In this document: piece by piece, positions 1 through 7,828 of the stretch
How the letters are laid out: each line of letters opens with the position of its first letter
Numbering within the stretch: position 1 is the first letter of the stretch
Source: Bacteriovoracaceae bacterium
Lineage (GTDB): Bacteria > Bdellovibrionota > Bacteriovoracia > Bacteriovoracales > Bacteriovoracaceae
Direction: 5' to 3'
Assembly: GCA_049599895.1 (NCBI GenBank)
Contig: JBMYPC010000066.1
Span: 1-16,518 of the forward strand
Length of the DNA: 16,518 nucleotides
Program-made: the position numbers and the translations under genes
Notes under the pieces: model-generated
Databases searched by the model: none
Seen by the model: the letters and a program-made list of their open reading frames with translations, nothing else
Told to the model about the DNA's origin: nothing

Positions 1-277
1 TAAAGAAACAGAGAACTTTGATTTAAAGGGAAAAATCTCTAAAAGTTGTAAGTGGGCCAATATTGTGAAAGTGGCCAGAAGAAAACTGGATATACTTATT
101 TTTGGAGCAACAACAGAAGACTTTAAAGTTCCTCCAAGAAATAAGTTTGAATGGCTTAAAGGTGATTTAAAGGGATATGCCTCTATTCGTATTAATGATC
201 AATGGAGAATTATCTTTAAGATTAATAAAAGTAATCAGCTTGAGAATGTAGAGATCATTGACTACTACAAAGGATAA
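1..277 (+). CDS. higB: HigB-family (RelE/ParE superfamily) toxin, 5' end outside the window
   Basis: Frame is open from base 2 (KETENFDLKG...), so the GTG at 65 is probably internal. Motifs PPxN, LKGDLKGYASIRINDQWRIIF and C-terminal VEIIDY match HigB 'plasmid maintenance killer' proteins. A higA-like gene starts 3 nt after the stop. Confidence 0.9.
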   Translation, partial: KETENFDLKGKISKSCKWANIVKVARRKLDILIFGATTEDFKVPPRNKFEWLKGDLKGYASIRINDQWRIIFKINKSNQLENVEIIDYYKG

Positions 278-280
278 GAG

Positions 281-571
281 ATGAAGACAAAAAGAATGAG
301 ACAACCAACATCTGTAGGAGAGATGCTTCAAGAAGAGTTTCTTACTCCCCTAGGGCTAACTCAAAGACAGCTTGCCGATCATATTGGTGTTGAAGTTAAA
401 ACAATTAATCGTCTTGTAAACTCTAAGTCTTCTGTTGGCCCAACTATGGCGTTAAAGTTATCTGCAACTTTTGGGACAACTCCTGAGTTTTGGATGAATC
501 TTCAAAATGCAAATGATTTATGGGAGCTTCAAAACTCAGATATTGACTTGCCTAAAATGATTTCAGCCTAG
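281..571 (+). CDS. higA: HigA-family XRE-HTH antitoxin
   Basis: PTSVGEMLQEEFLTPLGLTQRQLADHIGV...MALKLSATFGTTPEFWMNLQ is the HigA signature; toxin-first gene order is typical of higBA. Confidence 0.93.
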   Translation: MKTKRMRQPTSVGEMLQEEFLTPLGLTQRQLADHIGVEVKTINRLVNSKSSVGPTMALKLSATFGTTPEFWMNLQNANDLWELQNSDIDLPKMISA

Positions 572-624
572 GCCTATAGTTGTAACTCATACAATAAGAA
601 TATCAATCATTAAACTCAACAGAC

Positions 625-709
625 TGGTGCCCGGGACTGGACTTGAACCAGCACGGCTTGCGCCACACGCCCCTCAAGCGTGCGTGTCTACCAATTCCAC
701 CACCCGGGC
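625..709 (-). tRNA. tRNA-Leu, anticodon GAG, CCA encoded
   Basis: Reverse complement folds as a cloverleaf: acceptor GCCCGGG/CCCGGGC-A-CCA, D-arm GTGGAATTGGTAGACAC, anticodon stem CACGC/GCGTG with loop TTGAGGG, long variable arm TGGCGCAAGCCGT, T-arm GCTGG-TTCAAGT-CCAGT; 85 nt. Confidence 0.97.
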
Positions 710-1050
710 CCAAAAGAAATTGGAAATCTATTTATGCCCTAACTTATGGAAATTGCCAAGATAATTTACAGGCACTTGAATCCTTCAGCGCGTTAATGAG
801 GGATGGTTCGTTATAGAGCAATACTGAGATCACGAGCATGAGATCGATTTTCTTATTTTGGTGCTCTCTTAGAATTGTAAGGAACTGTTCTTGAGCGCTG
901 TCTTCAATTAAGATCAGCAACTGTTAAAAATGTTCTACCGTTAAAACTCGATTTCACGGCGCCAGTATACTTGAATTTTGAAAAAAGATCTTAAATCCTA
1001 TCTTAATTTTCATTATGTCCAGATACTGAGCGCCAGATCGCTAAATAGAA

Positions 1051-1518
1051 CTATTTTAAATCACCAAGATGCTCAAGGAGCTCTTCAATTTCAGCGTGAA
1101 TTTGATCTCGAGAGGTCTTTGTAAGGGCCTTATTCGTTAGAACGACTACTGTTGCTGGATGAACAATAAGCTCTTTAGCGTCGTAACATTCAACAGGAGA
1201 TTCTGGAAGTGCCTCTCCACCATGGTAGCCAACTTCAATTTCTTCCAAAGACATTTTTGTCATGGCATCTGAGCGGTCGATAATAGTGTTAAGGAGCTTG
1301 TCACATTTGGGAAGCTTGGTGATTTGCTCAGCAATAATAGGTTTTGCCATATTGATAAGTTCAAGCCCTAAGTTCTTTAAAGTCTTTGCATCAGCATTTT
1401 CTTTATTAAGCTTTATAAGTGTAGAGGCCTTTTCTTTATATTCAGAAAGTGCGCTTGAGGTGTTCTTTGTGGCACAAGAAGTTAAGGCCAAGATCATAAT
1501 TAGTGAGATAAACTTCAT
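1051..1518 (-). CDS. Uncharacterised predicted lipoprotein, helical, last gene of the iron-ABC operon
   Basis: Signal peptide with lipobox LTSC (Cys15); RBS GAAAGGA upstream; starts 53 nt after the fbpC stop on the same strand; mature part has a Cys pair and several His/Glu. Confidence 0.8.
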   Translation of the reverse strand: MKFISLIMILALTSCATKNTSSALSEYKEKASTLIKLNKENADAKTLKNLGLELINMAKPIIAEQITKLPKCDKLLNTIIDRSDAMTKMSLEEIEVGYHGGEALPESPVECYDAKELIVHPATVVVLTNKALTKTSRDQIHAEIEELLEHLGDLK

Positions 1519-1571
1519 AAGAAATTCCTTTCATTTGTATTTTGAATAATAAAAAAGTTTTACTGGTCAAA

Positions 1572-2288
1572 CTATGGTTTGGCAATGGAATCTTTTGGGT
1601 AATAAGACTTAAGAGTCTCAAAAAGTTGATCTTCGTTGGTCTCTGAGGAATTCCCAAGAAAGTGTACATGACCCTCGTGAAGGACGTAAAGCTCATCAGC
1701 AACATCAAGAGCATCCTTTATGTCATGAGTCACAAAAAGACTGGTCGCGTTCTGTTTGGTGAGAATTTCTCTTATGTCTGATTTAAGCTTCTTTTTAAGA
1801 ATGAAGTCTAGACCTGAAAAAGGCTCGTCAAAAAGGATGAGGCGAGGCTTTGGCGCCATGGCCCTCGCGATAGCAACGCGCTGTCTTTGGCCTCCTGAGA
1901 GCTCCTCTGGAAACTTGCGCCCGTGTTCCTCAAGGCCAATAATTTTGAGCCATTCCATTGCTTTAGACTTTTCATCTTTTTTAAGACCAAAGCTTATATT
2001 GTCAATAATGTTCAGGTGAGGAAAGAGATTTGGTTTCTGAAAGACAAGACCAATATTTCTCTTTTCTGGAGGAGTGCAATGGGTTTTGGAACTCATGAGT
2101 TTTTGATCAATGAATATTTCTCCATCTTCAACATTTTCAAACCCTGTAATGCAGTCTAGTAGAGTCGTTTTTCCTTCTCCTGAGGGCCCAAGAAGTGCCA
2201 TTGACTTACCAGCTTTAAGATTAAGTTCTAAATCCTTAAAGAGTGGCTCATGAGTGTAGCGAAAAAGAAGGTTTTTTATAATAAGCAT
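1572..2288 (-). CDS. fbpC: Fe3+ ABC transporter ATP-binding subunit (FbpC/AfuC-like)
   Basis: Walker A GPSGEGKTT, PPEKRNIGLVFQ, LFPHL, signature LSGGQRQR, Walker B ILFDEPF, H-loop VTHD; 1-nt TAATG overlap with the permease stop. Confidence 0.92.
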   Translation of the reverse strand: MLIIKNLLFRYTHEPLFKDLELNLKAGKSMALLGPSGEGKTTLLDCITGFENVEDGEIFIDQKLMSSKTHCTPPEKRNIGLVFQKPNLFPHLNIIDNISFGLKKDEKSKAMEWLKIIGLEEHGRKFPEELSGGQRQRVAIARAMAPKPRLILFDEPFSGLDFILKKKLKSDIREILTKQNATSLFVTHDIKDALDVADELYVLHEGHVHFLGNSSETNEDQLFETLKSYYPKDSIAKP

Positions 2289-3901
2289 TAATACTTTCTC
2301 AAAAATTCAAATGTTTCATTTTTATCTTTTGTACGAAATTTCGTCACGATTGTCGCAGAAAAAGCAATCACCACCAAAAATAAAGAGGGAAGGGCCGCCC
2401 GTTCCCATTCTCCTTCTGAGGTTAATTCAAAGATCTTGACTGCGAGGGTGTTAAAGCCTGTGGGCCTGATCATTAAGGTCAGAGGCATCTCTTTAATGAT
2501 CTCAATAAATAACAGTATAAAAACCGGGAAAATACTTGGGCGTAAAAGAGGGAAGTGAATCTCTTTGAGAAGAGAAAACCTTGATTTTCCGAGAGTGCGC
2601 GCCGCTTTGTCGATTTCAAGTGGAATGAGATTGAGAGGGGCCAAAATGTTTCGATAGCCTACACTGATAAAACGAATAAGATAGCCAGTGATCAGGCAAA
2701 GAAGTGATAAAAAGGTTCCCATTTGTATATCGAAAAAATTAGCAAATATTATGAATAAACTAAAAATGGCCACAGCGATGACATTTCCAGGGATTCCATA
2801 GCCTAATAAGCAAAGAGTAATGACTTTATTATGCCACTTCGAAACTTGTCTTCTTTTTATTAAACTTAAGAAAAGACCAACGAAGTAAAGTGAAACACTT
2901 GCAACTAGGCCAAGAAAAAAAGTATTTTTTATGAGAGTAAAGTAATCTTTATTAAGCTCCGTGCTTAAAGCTTCAAGAGACCAAAATAAAAGAGTGAAAG
3001 TTGGAAGGATTAAGGAAAAGAAAATCAAAATGAGACAAAAAAGATAACTCAGTATTTTTGTTCTCTTACTTAGCTGAAAAAGAGTCATCACTTTTTTCGT
3101 ATTTCCGTTATCTGAAGAATTATGACATTTAAACTTTGATTCAAAATAAAGAAAGCTAAAAGAAAAAAGAATAAGAACGAGACTCAACCTCGCTGCTGTC
3201 CCATAAGAATAGAGACCACTCCAGGCATTGTAGATGCTTGTGGTAAATGTATCATAGTTAAAAATAGAAACCCCGCCAAAGTCAGAAAGAACCTCAAGGG
3301 CCAATAAAGTGAGTCCTGCAAAAAATGCAGATCGAATTGCGGGAAAAAGAACAAATCTTAGGACTTCTAACCGAGATTTTCCTAGACTAAGTGCTGATTT
3401 GATCTGTTCAGCTCCAAGCTGTTTAAAAGCATTATTGGTTGTAAGATAAATGTATGGAAAGAGTCCCAATGAAAAAACGAAGGAGACGCCATACCAGCTT
3501 TTGATTGAAAAATAGTGATAGATGTCAATGTCAAAAGAGCGCAAAGTCGTATGAAGAATTCCGGAATACTCCAAAAGCCCTACATAAAGAAAAGCAAGAA
3601 CATAAAGGGGAAGGGCAATAGGAAGAATAAAACAAATATTCAAAATCTTTTTAAATGAGATATTCGTAAGGTTGGTGAGAATTGAACAACCTAAACCAAA
3701 AATGGAAGAAAAGAGAGCTGTTCCAAAAACAATGAGAAATGAGTTTTTTATTAATGGCAAAACGGTTTTTTTTGAAAAACTCCAAGCCTCAAAATCTGAC
3801 GGACTAAGGTTGATTGACCTTAAAATGAGAACCAAAAAAGGCCCTAATATTATGAGGGCCAATAATATGAGAATAAGGTTTTTACTTGTACTGAACTTCA
3901 T
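2288..3901 (-). CDS. fbpB: Fe3+ ABC transporter permease (FbpB/FutB-like, two BPD_transp domains)
   Basis: Highly hydrophobic 537 aa with two EAA-like loops (SALSLG, AARTLG), EVLSDFG, TFTTSIY and IIKEMPLTLMIRPTGFNTLA motifs typical of iron(III) permeases. Confidence 0.92.
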   Translation of the reverse strand: MKFSTSKNLILILLALIILGPFLVLILRSINLSPSDFEAWSFSKKTVLPLIKNSFLIVFGTALFSSIFGLGCSILTNLTNISFKKILNICFILPIALPLYVLAFLYVGLLEYSGILHTTLRSFDIDIYHYFSIKSWYGVSFVFSLGLFPYIYLTTNNAFKQLGAEQIKSALSLGKSRLEVLRFVLFPAIRSAFFAGLTLLALEVLSDFGGVSIFNYDTFTTSIYNAWSGLYSYGTAARLSLVLILFSFSFLYFESKFKCHNSSDNGNTKKVMTLFQLSKRTKILSYLFCLILIFFSLILPTFTLLFWSLEALSTELNKDYFTLIKNTFFLGLVASVSLYFVGLFLSLIKRRQVSKWHNKVITLCLLGYGIPGNVIAVAIFSLFIIFANFFDIQMGTFLSLLCLITGYLIRFISVGYRNILAPLNLIPLEIDKAARTLGKSRFSLLKEIHFPLLRPSIFPVFILLFIEIIKEMPLTLMIRPTGFNTLAVKIFELTSEGEWERAALPSLFLVVIAFSATIVTKFRTKDKNETFEFLRKY

Positions 3902-4873
3902 TCATGAGCTGAATGGCCTTCTTTTGAAGAAGGCCTGCTTTAGTAAGTTGGAAAGTTGAATTCGGTGTAAACTTTCCCCATGAATCAACAAATGGGTCGT
4001 TTCCAATTTTGGGATTTGCTGGATATTCCATATTTACACTTGCAAATTTATTCTGTGCATTCTTTGAACTTAGCCATTCAAGTAACTTAAGAGCATTCTT
4101 CTTATTTTTTGAAGTCTTAACAATGCCTGCACCACTAACATTAACATGAACTCCGTAGGACTTTTTTTGATTCGGCCAAAAAAGTTTGAGAGGAAGTTTT
4201 GGGTCTTTCTTTAAAAGACGTCCAAAGTAATAGGTGTTAACAATTCCGACGGCACATTGTCCTGCCGCAACGGCTTTGAGAACGGCTGTATCATTTGAAA
4301 AAATCTCGACATTGTTCTTTACCCAACCAGCAACAACAGTTTTTGCTTTTTTGTAGCCAAGTTCTTCAATAAGCATTGCAACTAATGATTGATTGTAGAC
4401 TTTTTTTGAGGTTCTAAGGCAAAGACGGCCTTTCCATTTTTTTTCTGCAAGGCCTTCATAGCTTTCAAGCTCTCCGTCTTTTACTTCATTCGGGTTGTAG
4501 GCAATTGTTCTCGCTCTCACTGAAAGACCAAACCATTGATTGTCAGAATCCTTTAAATGCTTAGGAATATTCTTTGTAAGAACTTGGGATTTCGTTGTGT
4601 CGAGAAGGCCTTGATTTGAAGCATACCAAAGGTTTCGTCCACTGTCATAAAAATATCTGCTGGAGAGTTTTCACCTTCAGATTTTAAAGTTTGGATTAAG
4701 GCACCAGCTTTACCGGTTCGGTAATTGACTTTAATTCCTGTTTCATTTTCAAATTTTTGAAAAATATCTTTAACAAGGTGTTCTTTACGACTTGTATAAA
4801 CGGTTACTGTTTCTTTGGCACTCGCTTGTGCAATACCTAGTAGACTTAAAACTAAAGTCAATAATAATTTCAT
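3882..4873 (-). pseudogene. fbpA: Fe3+ ABC transporter substrate-binding protein (FbpA/FutA-like), frameshifted near 4636
   Basis: ORF 4553-4873 gives the signal peptide and N-terminus (YTSR, SPADIFMTVD). A second frame continues NLWYASNQGLL...QWFGLSVRARTIAYN into ORF 3882-4520 (WKGRLCLR, NTYY, GVHVNVSG). The junction reads GAC-GA-AAC where the family has VD-AG-NLW. Adding 4 nt yields a 331-aa protein. Confidence 0.9.
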
Positions 4874-4881
4874 TTAGACCT

Positions 4882-4934
4882 CACTCAATTTGCTAATAGT
4901 TAGTGTTAGCAAATGAGTGTTTGAGGTGTCAAAC
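4882..4934 (-). promoter_or_regulatory. Probable sigma70 promoter of the fbp operon with overlapping palindromic operator(s), Fur-like
   Basis: Minus strand TTGACA (4932-4927), 18-nt spacer ending TGC, then a weak -10 TAACAC. Inverted repeat CACTCA-A-TTTGCTAA-N9-TTAGCAAA-TGAGTG (4882-4919), whose 19-bp core 4892-4910 matches GATAATGATAATCATTATC at 12/19 on the minus strand. Second palindrome GTTTGA-GGTG-TCAAAC (4919-4934). Confidence 0.6.
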
Positions 4935-4959
4935 AAATTAAAATCAGCTTTTAAAGCAT

Positions 4960-5144
4960 TTATTCGACGGTAACATGAAAGATATCTGACCTTTCAATAT
5001 TTTTGTGGCCATCGATGGCCTCAACAGCTAAAGACCTGGATCAAGGTTTTTGAGTGTAAAGCTATATTGATCCGCTGTGTAGTCTGGTCTAATGAAAAAG
5101 TTGATTTCAGGATTATTAAAAATATTATCGACAAAAAGCTCGGC
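4960..5144 (-). pseudogene. Relic of a gene 3' end encoding a bacterial Ig-like (Big_7-type) domain
   Basis: Manual translation gives AELFVDNIFNNPEINFFIRPDYTADQYSFTLKNLDPG, a frameshift at about 5032, then LAVEAIDGHKNIERSDIFHVTVE-stop. This fits the pattern VEFxVD...YSFTxxN..PG.Y.L...A.D...N...S....VTV. No start codon is present. Confidence 0.6.
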
Positions 5145-5150
5145 TTAAAG

Positions 5151-6203
5151 TTAGTCTCTAACAACACCATCATCAACTTCAAACTCAATTCGAACCTTTT
5201 CTTTTTCACCTGGTGCAAAGTTCAAATCATAAAAAACAATAGTGTTATAAACAGGATCGTAATACCAGTAACCACCTTTTTCTTTTGGGCCACCTGGTAG
5301 AAGTTTTCCTTCATAGGCGACTCTGATAGTTTCTGGTCTTGGTCTCTCTGTTAGTGGAAGCTTACTGTTTTGCAGAAGCTCAACAATTTTTTTCCCAATC
5401 TCAGAGAGAAGTTCTCCAAAATTAGGATCACATAAAGAGAATTGTTCACCTTTAGTAGCATTAACAAGTTGCTGTGAAGCAGAACCCTGGTATGTCCAAG
5501 TTCCTTCCCCTGGTCCTGGCTTACAAGCTGGAACAAGATCATTTGCAGCGATAACAGAATAGAATTTAACTTTTTCAATGTCTGTCTTAAATTGAAGGAT
5601 TCTTTGAATAAAACTACTCACATTATGTTTGCTTGATTGATCTGCGGCATCAGTAACCTTAATCATAACAAGGCATGCATTACTTCTGATAAACTTTGGA
5701 TACTTGTTAAGGTACTTGAGGATTGAATCCATCATGACCTCTGTCCCACTTCCAGAAGTTCCAAGAGTTTTCACAGCATTTTGAAATGTCTCAATTGGAG
5801 TTAAGTCATTCTGGGTGAAATAAGGAGATTTCATTGGAAGATAAGGGTTAGGATTTGGAATTCTGCCTGGCCCATTTGGATTTGAAGTTTCTTCAGATGT
5901 ATCACTTGAGAGAAGAGTCATTCTCCAGTCGACTTGAGCAGTTGCGCTAAATTCATTGATAAATAGCTTCGTGTTATCAATGACGTTTTGCTGGGCTTCT
6001 GACATTGAACCAGAGTTATCAATAATCCAGATAATATCGACGGCAAAACCACCACAAACACCAACGTCAAAGTCCTTTAACTGAAAAGATTGCTTAACAA
6101 ATGATGGCTCTGGGTTTGTATTGACGTACATCAATGCACCCTCACCACAGGCCTGGAAAATAAGGGCAATTGCTATGAGTAATGTCGTTTTTAAAGACTT
6201 CAT
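5151..6203 (-). CDS. VWA/MIDAS-domain lipoprotein, CglB-like adhesin
   Basis: Likely start is the ATG at 6203 (ATGA overlap with the upstream stop), giving MKSLKTTLLIAIALIFQAC (lipobox). VWA strand VDIIWIIDNSGSM (DxSxS MIDAS), GSGTE, VTDAAD, and a C-terminal beta domain with WYYDPVYNTIVF. Confidence 0.85.
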   Translation of the reverse strand: MKSLKTTLLIAIALIFQACGEGALMYVNTNPEPSFVKQSFQLKDFDVGVCGGFAVDIIWIIDNSGSMSEAQQNVIDNTKLFINEFSATAQVDWRMTLLSSDTSEETSNPNGPGRIPNPNPYLPMKSPYFTQNDLTPIETFQNAVKTLGTSGSGTEVMMDSILKYLNKYPKFIRSNACLVMIKVTDAADQSSKHNVSSFIQRILQFKTDIEKVKFYSVIAANDLVPACKPGPGEGTWTYQGSASQQLVNATKGEQFSLCDPNFGELLSEIGKKIVELLQNSKLPLTERPRPETIRVAYEGKLLPGGPKEKGGYWYYDPVYNTIVFYDLNFAPGEKEKVRIEFEVDDGVVRD

Positions 6204-7828
6204 TTCTTGTATCCTTTTAAGCATTCAGTTTCGGCTGTTGAATAAAGGTTAAAGAGTTCATCAGGCCAAACAACACCATCAAATGGGAAAATCATTTTGT
6301 CTTTAAGGTTTGCCGCTTGTGCTAGTTTCACTGAATCGCGAACAGTTTTCTTTCTTGCTTGTGAATGAGTTTTTGCCATTGCTGCGTATTTTCTAATTTG
6401 AGTCATGGCCTCAACTTTCACAAATCTCATTTTTCTGATTGTGCTAACAAGAAGAGCTTTTTGGTTTTTCCAGTATCGTCTGTTCTCAAAAGAGAGTCTT
6501 TTTACTTCTCGATCTAAAGCAAAAGTGATGCCCTTTAAGGCTCTTTGCCAATGGGGTTGAATACCAACAGCTGGAAGAGCTGCTTTAATAGACTTATTCT
6601 CAAGCTCCTTGAGTCTTGCTTTTTCAGACTTTAGGTATGAGATTTTTCGACTAAGAAGAGTTGTTGTCCAGTCTTTATTGTCTGTGTTTGGATTTTCTTC
6701 TTTCAACTTTGCTGAAATTCTTTTTGCCCATTTCTTATTTGTAGAAATAAAGGATAGGAAGTTCCTCTGTACATCTTCATAACGACAAAGTTTAAGATTT
6801 GAAATTGATTGAACAAGGTAGACGTCTGGTAAAAACTTATCTTCGTATAGGTCATTACCAACACTCTTGAGTTCTCCTCTTAATCTTGCCATGTTTCCAA
6901 GTCTTAGAAGCGGCCAAAGAACTTCAGATTTTGCTTGAAGATATTGTGGAGCTCCGTTAGGAATTTTGTCATAAAACTCAACCGAAGCATCTAATGCTCC
7001 TGCTTGGTAGAGAAGGCGAGCAACAGTTAAATAATGTTGAGCAAGAGCTTTTGGGTCATTTTGAGCTTTGATATAGGGTTCAATATAACGCTTTAAAACT
7101 TTCCCTGCTGTTGCGAGATCTTTTTCTCTTGCATATTGAAAAAGGGCCCTTTGGGCAATGATGGGTTTAAGTGCTGATTGGTCTGGTAATTTTGTCAGCA
7201 TGAGTTGTGCTTTTACACCACTATTGATGGTTGCAAATGCCTTTAGTGTCATGTCAAAAAAACCTGCTTTTTCGTCAAGTCTTTCAATAAGAGCTAAAGT
7301 TTCAGGTGAAAGGGAAATTGGGTGGTTCAGCAACCACTTTCCTGGCCTGTCTGAGACAACTCTCATAAGAGCATTGTTAATTTCTTTACCTTTAAGGTAG
7401 GGAGAATTTTTATTCTGCAGCCATGTCTCAACAAATGTCTGTGAAAGACCAAGTCTGTAGTAAAGATAAAGTTTTGCAGCAAGAACTGCCCCTTTAAACT
7501 CATGTGGTGCTTTTTGTTCAGCAACACTGAGAAGATGAGAAGCTTTTTCAAAGTTCTTAGACATAACGAGCTTTGACCAGCGGTTTATTTCAAACTCAAG
7601 CTTTGAGTTTTTCCAAACTTGAAAAAACTGAACGAGAAAGGGATCGTCGAGTTTAAAGTTTAAATTGAAATTATTTTCTTCTGTCTCAATTTTAGGAGCA
7701 TTTGCTTCAGTTGTTTCTGCTCCTACATTTTTCAAAAGAGCATCAGCGGCTGATTCAGCATAAACTGCTGGTGAACTCAAAACTGAGATAAGAAGAACTT
7801 GTGCCCAAGCCTTTCTTAGTACTCTCAT
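6200..7828 (-). CDS. gltC: GltC-like periplasmic TPR protein
   Basis: Sec signal (...AVYA); TPR block VARLLYQ...FYDKIP...AKSEVLW...LPDVYLVQSISNLKLCRY and C-terminal FPFDGVVWPDEL...C, as I recall for GltC; adjacent to the OM-barrel gene. Confidence 0.75.
   Translation of the reverse strand: MRVLRKAWAQVLLISVLSSPAVYAESAADALLKNVGAETTEANAPKIETEENNFNLNFKLDDPFLVQFFQVWKNSKLEFEINRWSKLVMSKNFEKASHLLSVAEQKAPHEFKGAVLAAKLYLYYRLGLSQTFVETWLQNKNSPYLKGKEINNALMRVVSDRPGKWLLNHPISLSPETLALIERLDEKAGFFDMTLKAFATINSGVKAQLMLTKLPDQSALKPIIAQRALFQYAREKDLATAGKVLKRYIEPYIKAQNDPKALAQHYLTVARLLYQAGALDASVEFYDKIPNGAPQYLQAKSEVLWPLLRLGNMARLRGELKSVGNDLYEDKFLPDVYLVQSISNLKLCRYEDVQRNFLSFISTNKKWAKRISAKLKEENPNTDNKDWTTTLLSRKISYLKSEKARLKELENKSIKAALPAVGIQPHWQRALKGITFALDREVKRLSFENRRYWKNQKALLVSTIRKMRFVKVEAMTQIRKYAAMAKTHSQARKKTVRDSVKLAQAANLKDKMIFPFDGVVWPDELFNLYSTAETECLKGYKK

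Noticed and set aside
730..759. Possible tRNA promoter TTGGCA-N17-CATAAA on the minus strand
   Set aside because: The -10 match is weak in AT-rich DNA; plausible by position but not supportable.
3882..4873. Two separate genes (106 aa and 212 aa), or a programmed frameshift
   Set aside because: They are the two halves of one FbpA. Residues are missing at the junction and there is no slippery heptamer or repeat tract.
4919..4934. FNR/CRP site
   Set aside because: Half-site spacing is TTGA-N4-TCAA, 2 bp shorter than the FNR TTGAT-N4-ATCAA geometry.
5007..5020. Perfect 14-bp palindrome GGCCATCGATGGCC
   Set aside because: It lies within the Ig-like relic (codons for A-I-D-G), occurs once and has no loop or U-tract; probably coincidental.
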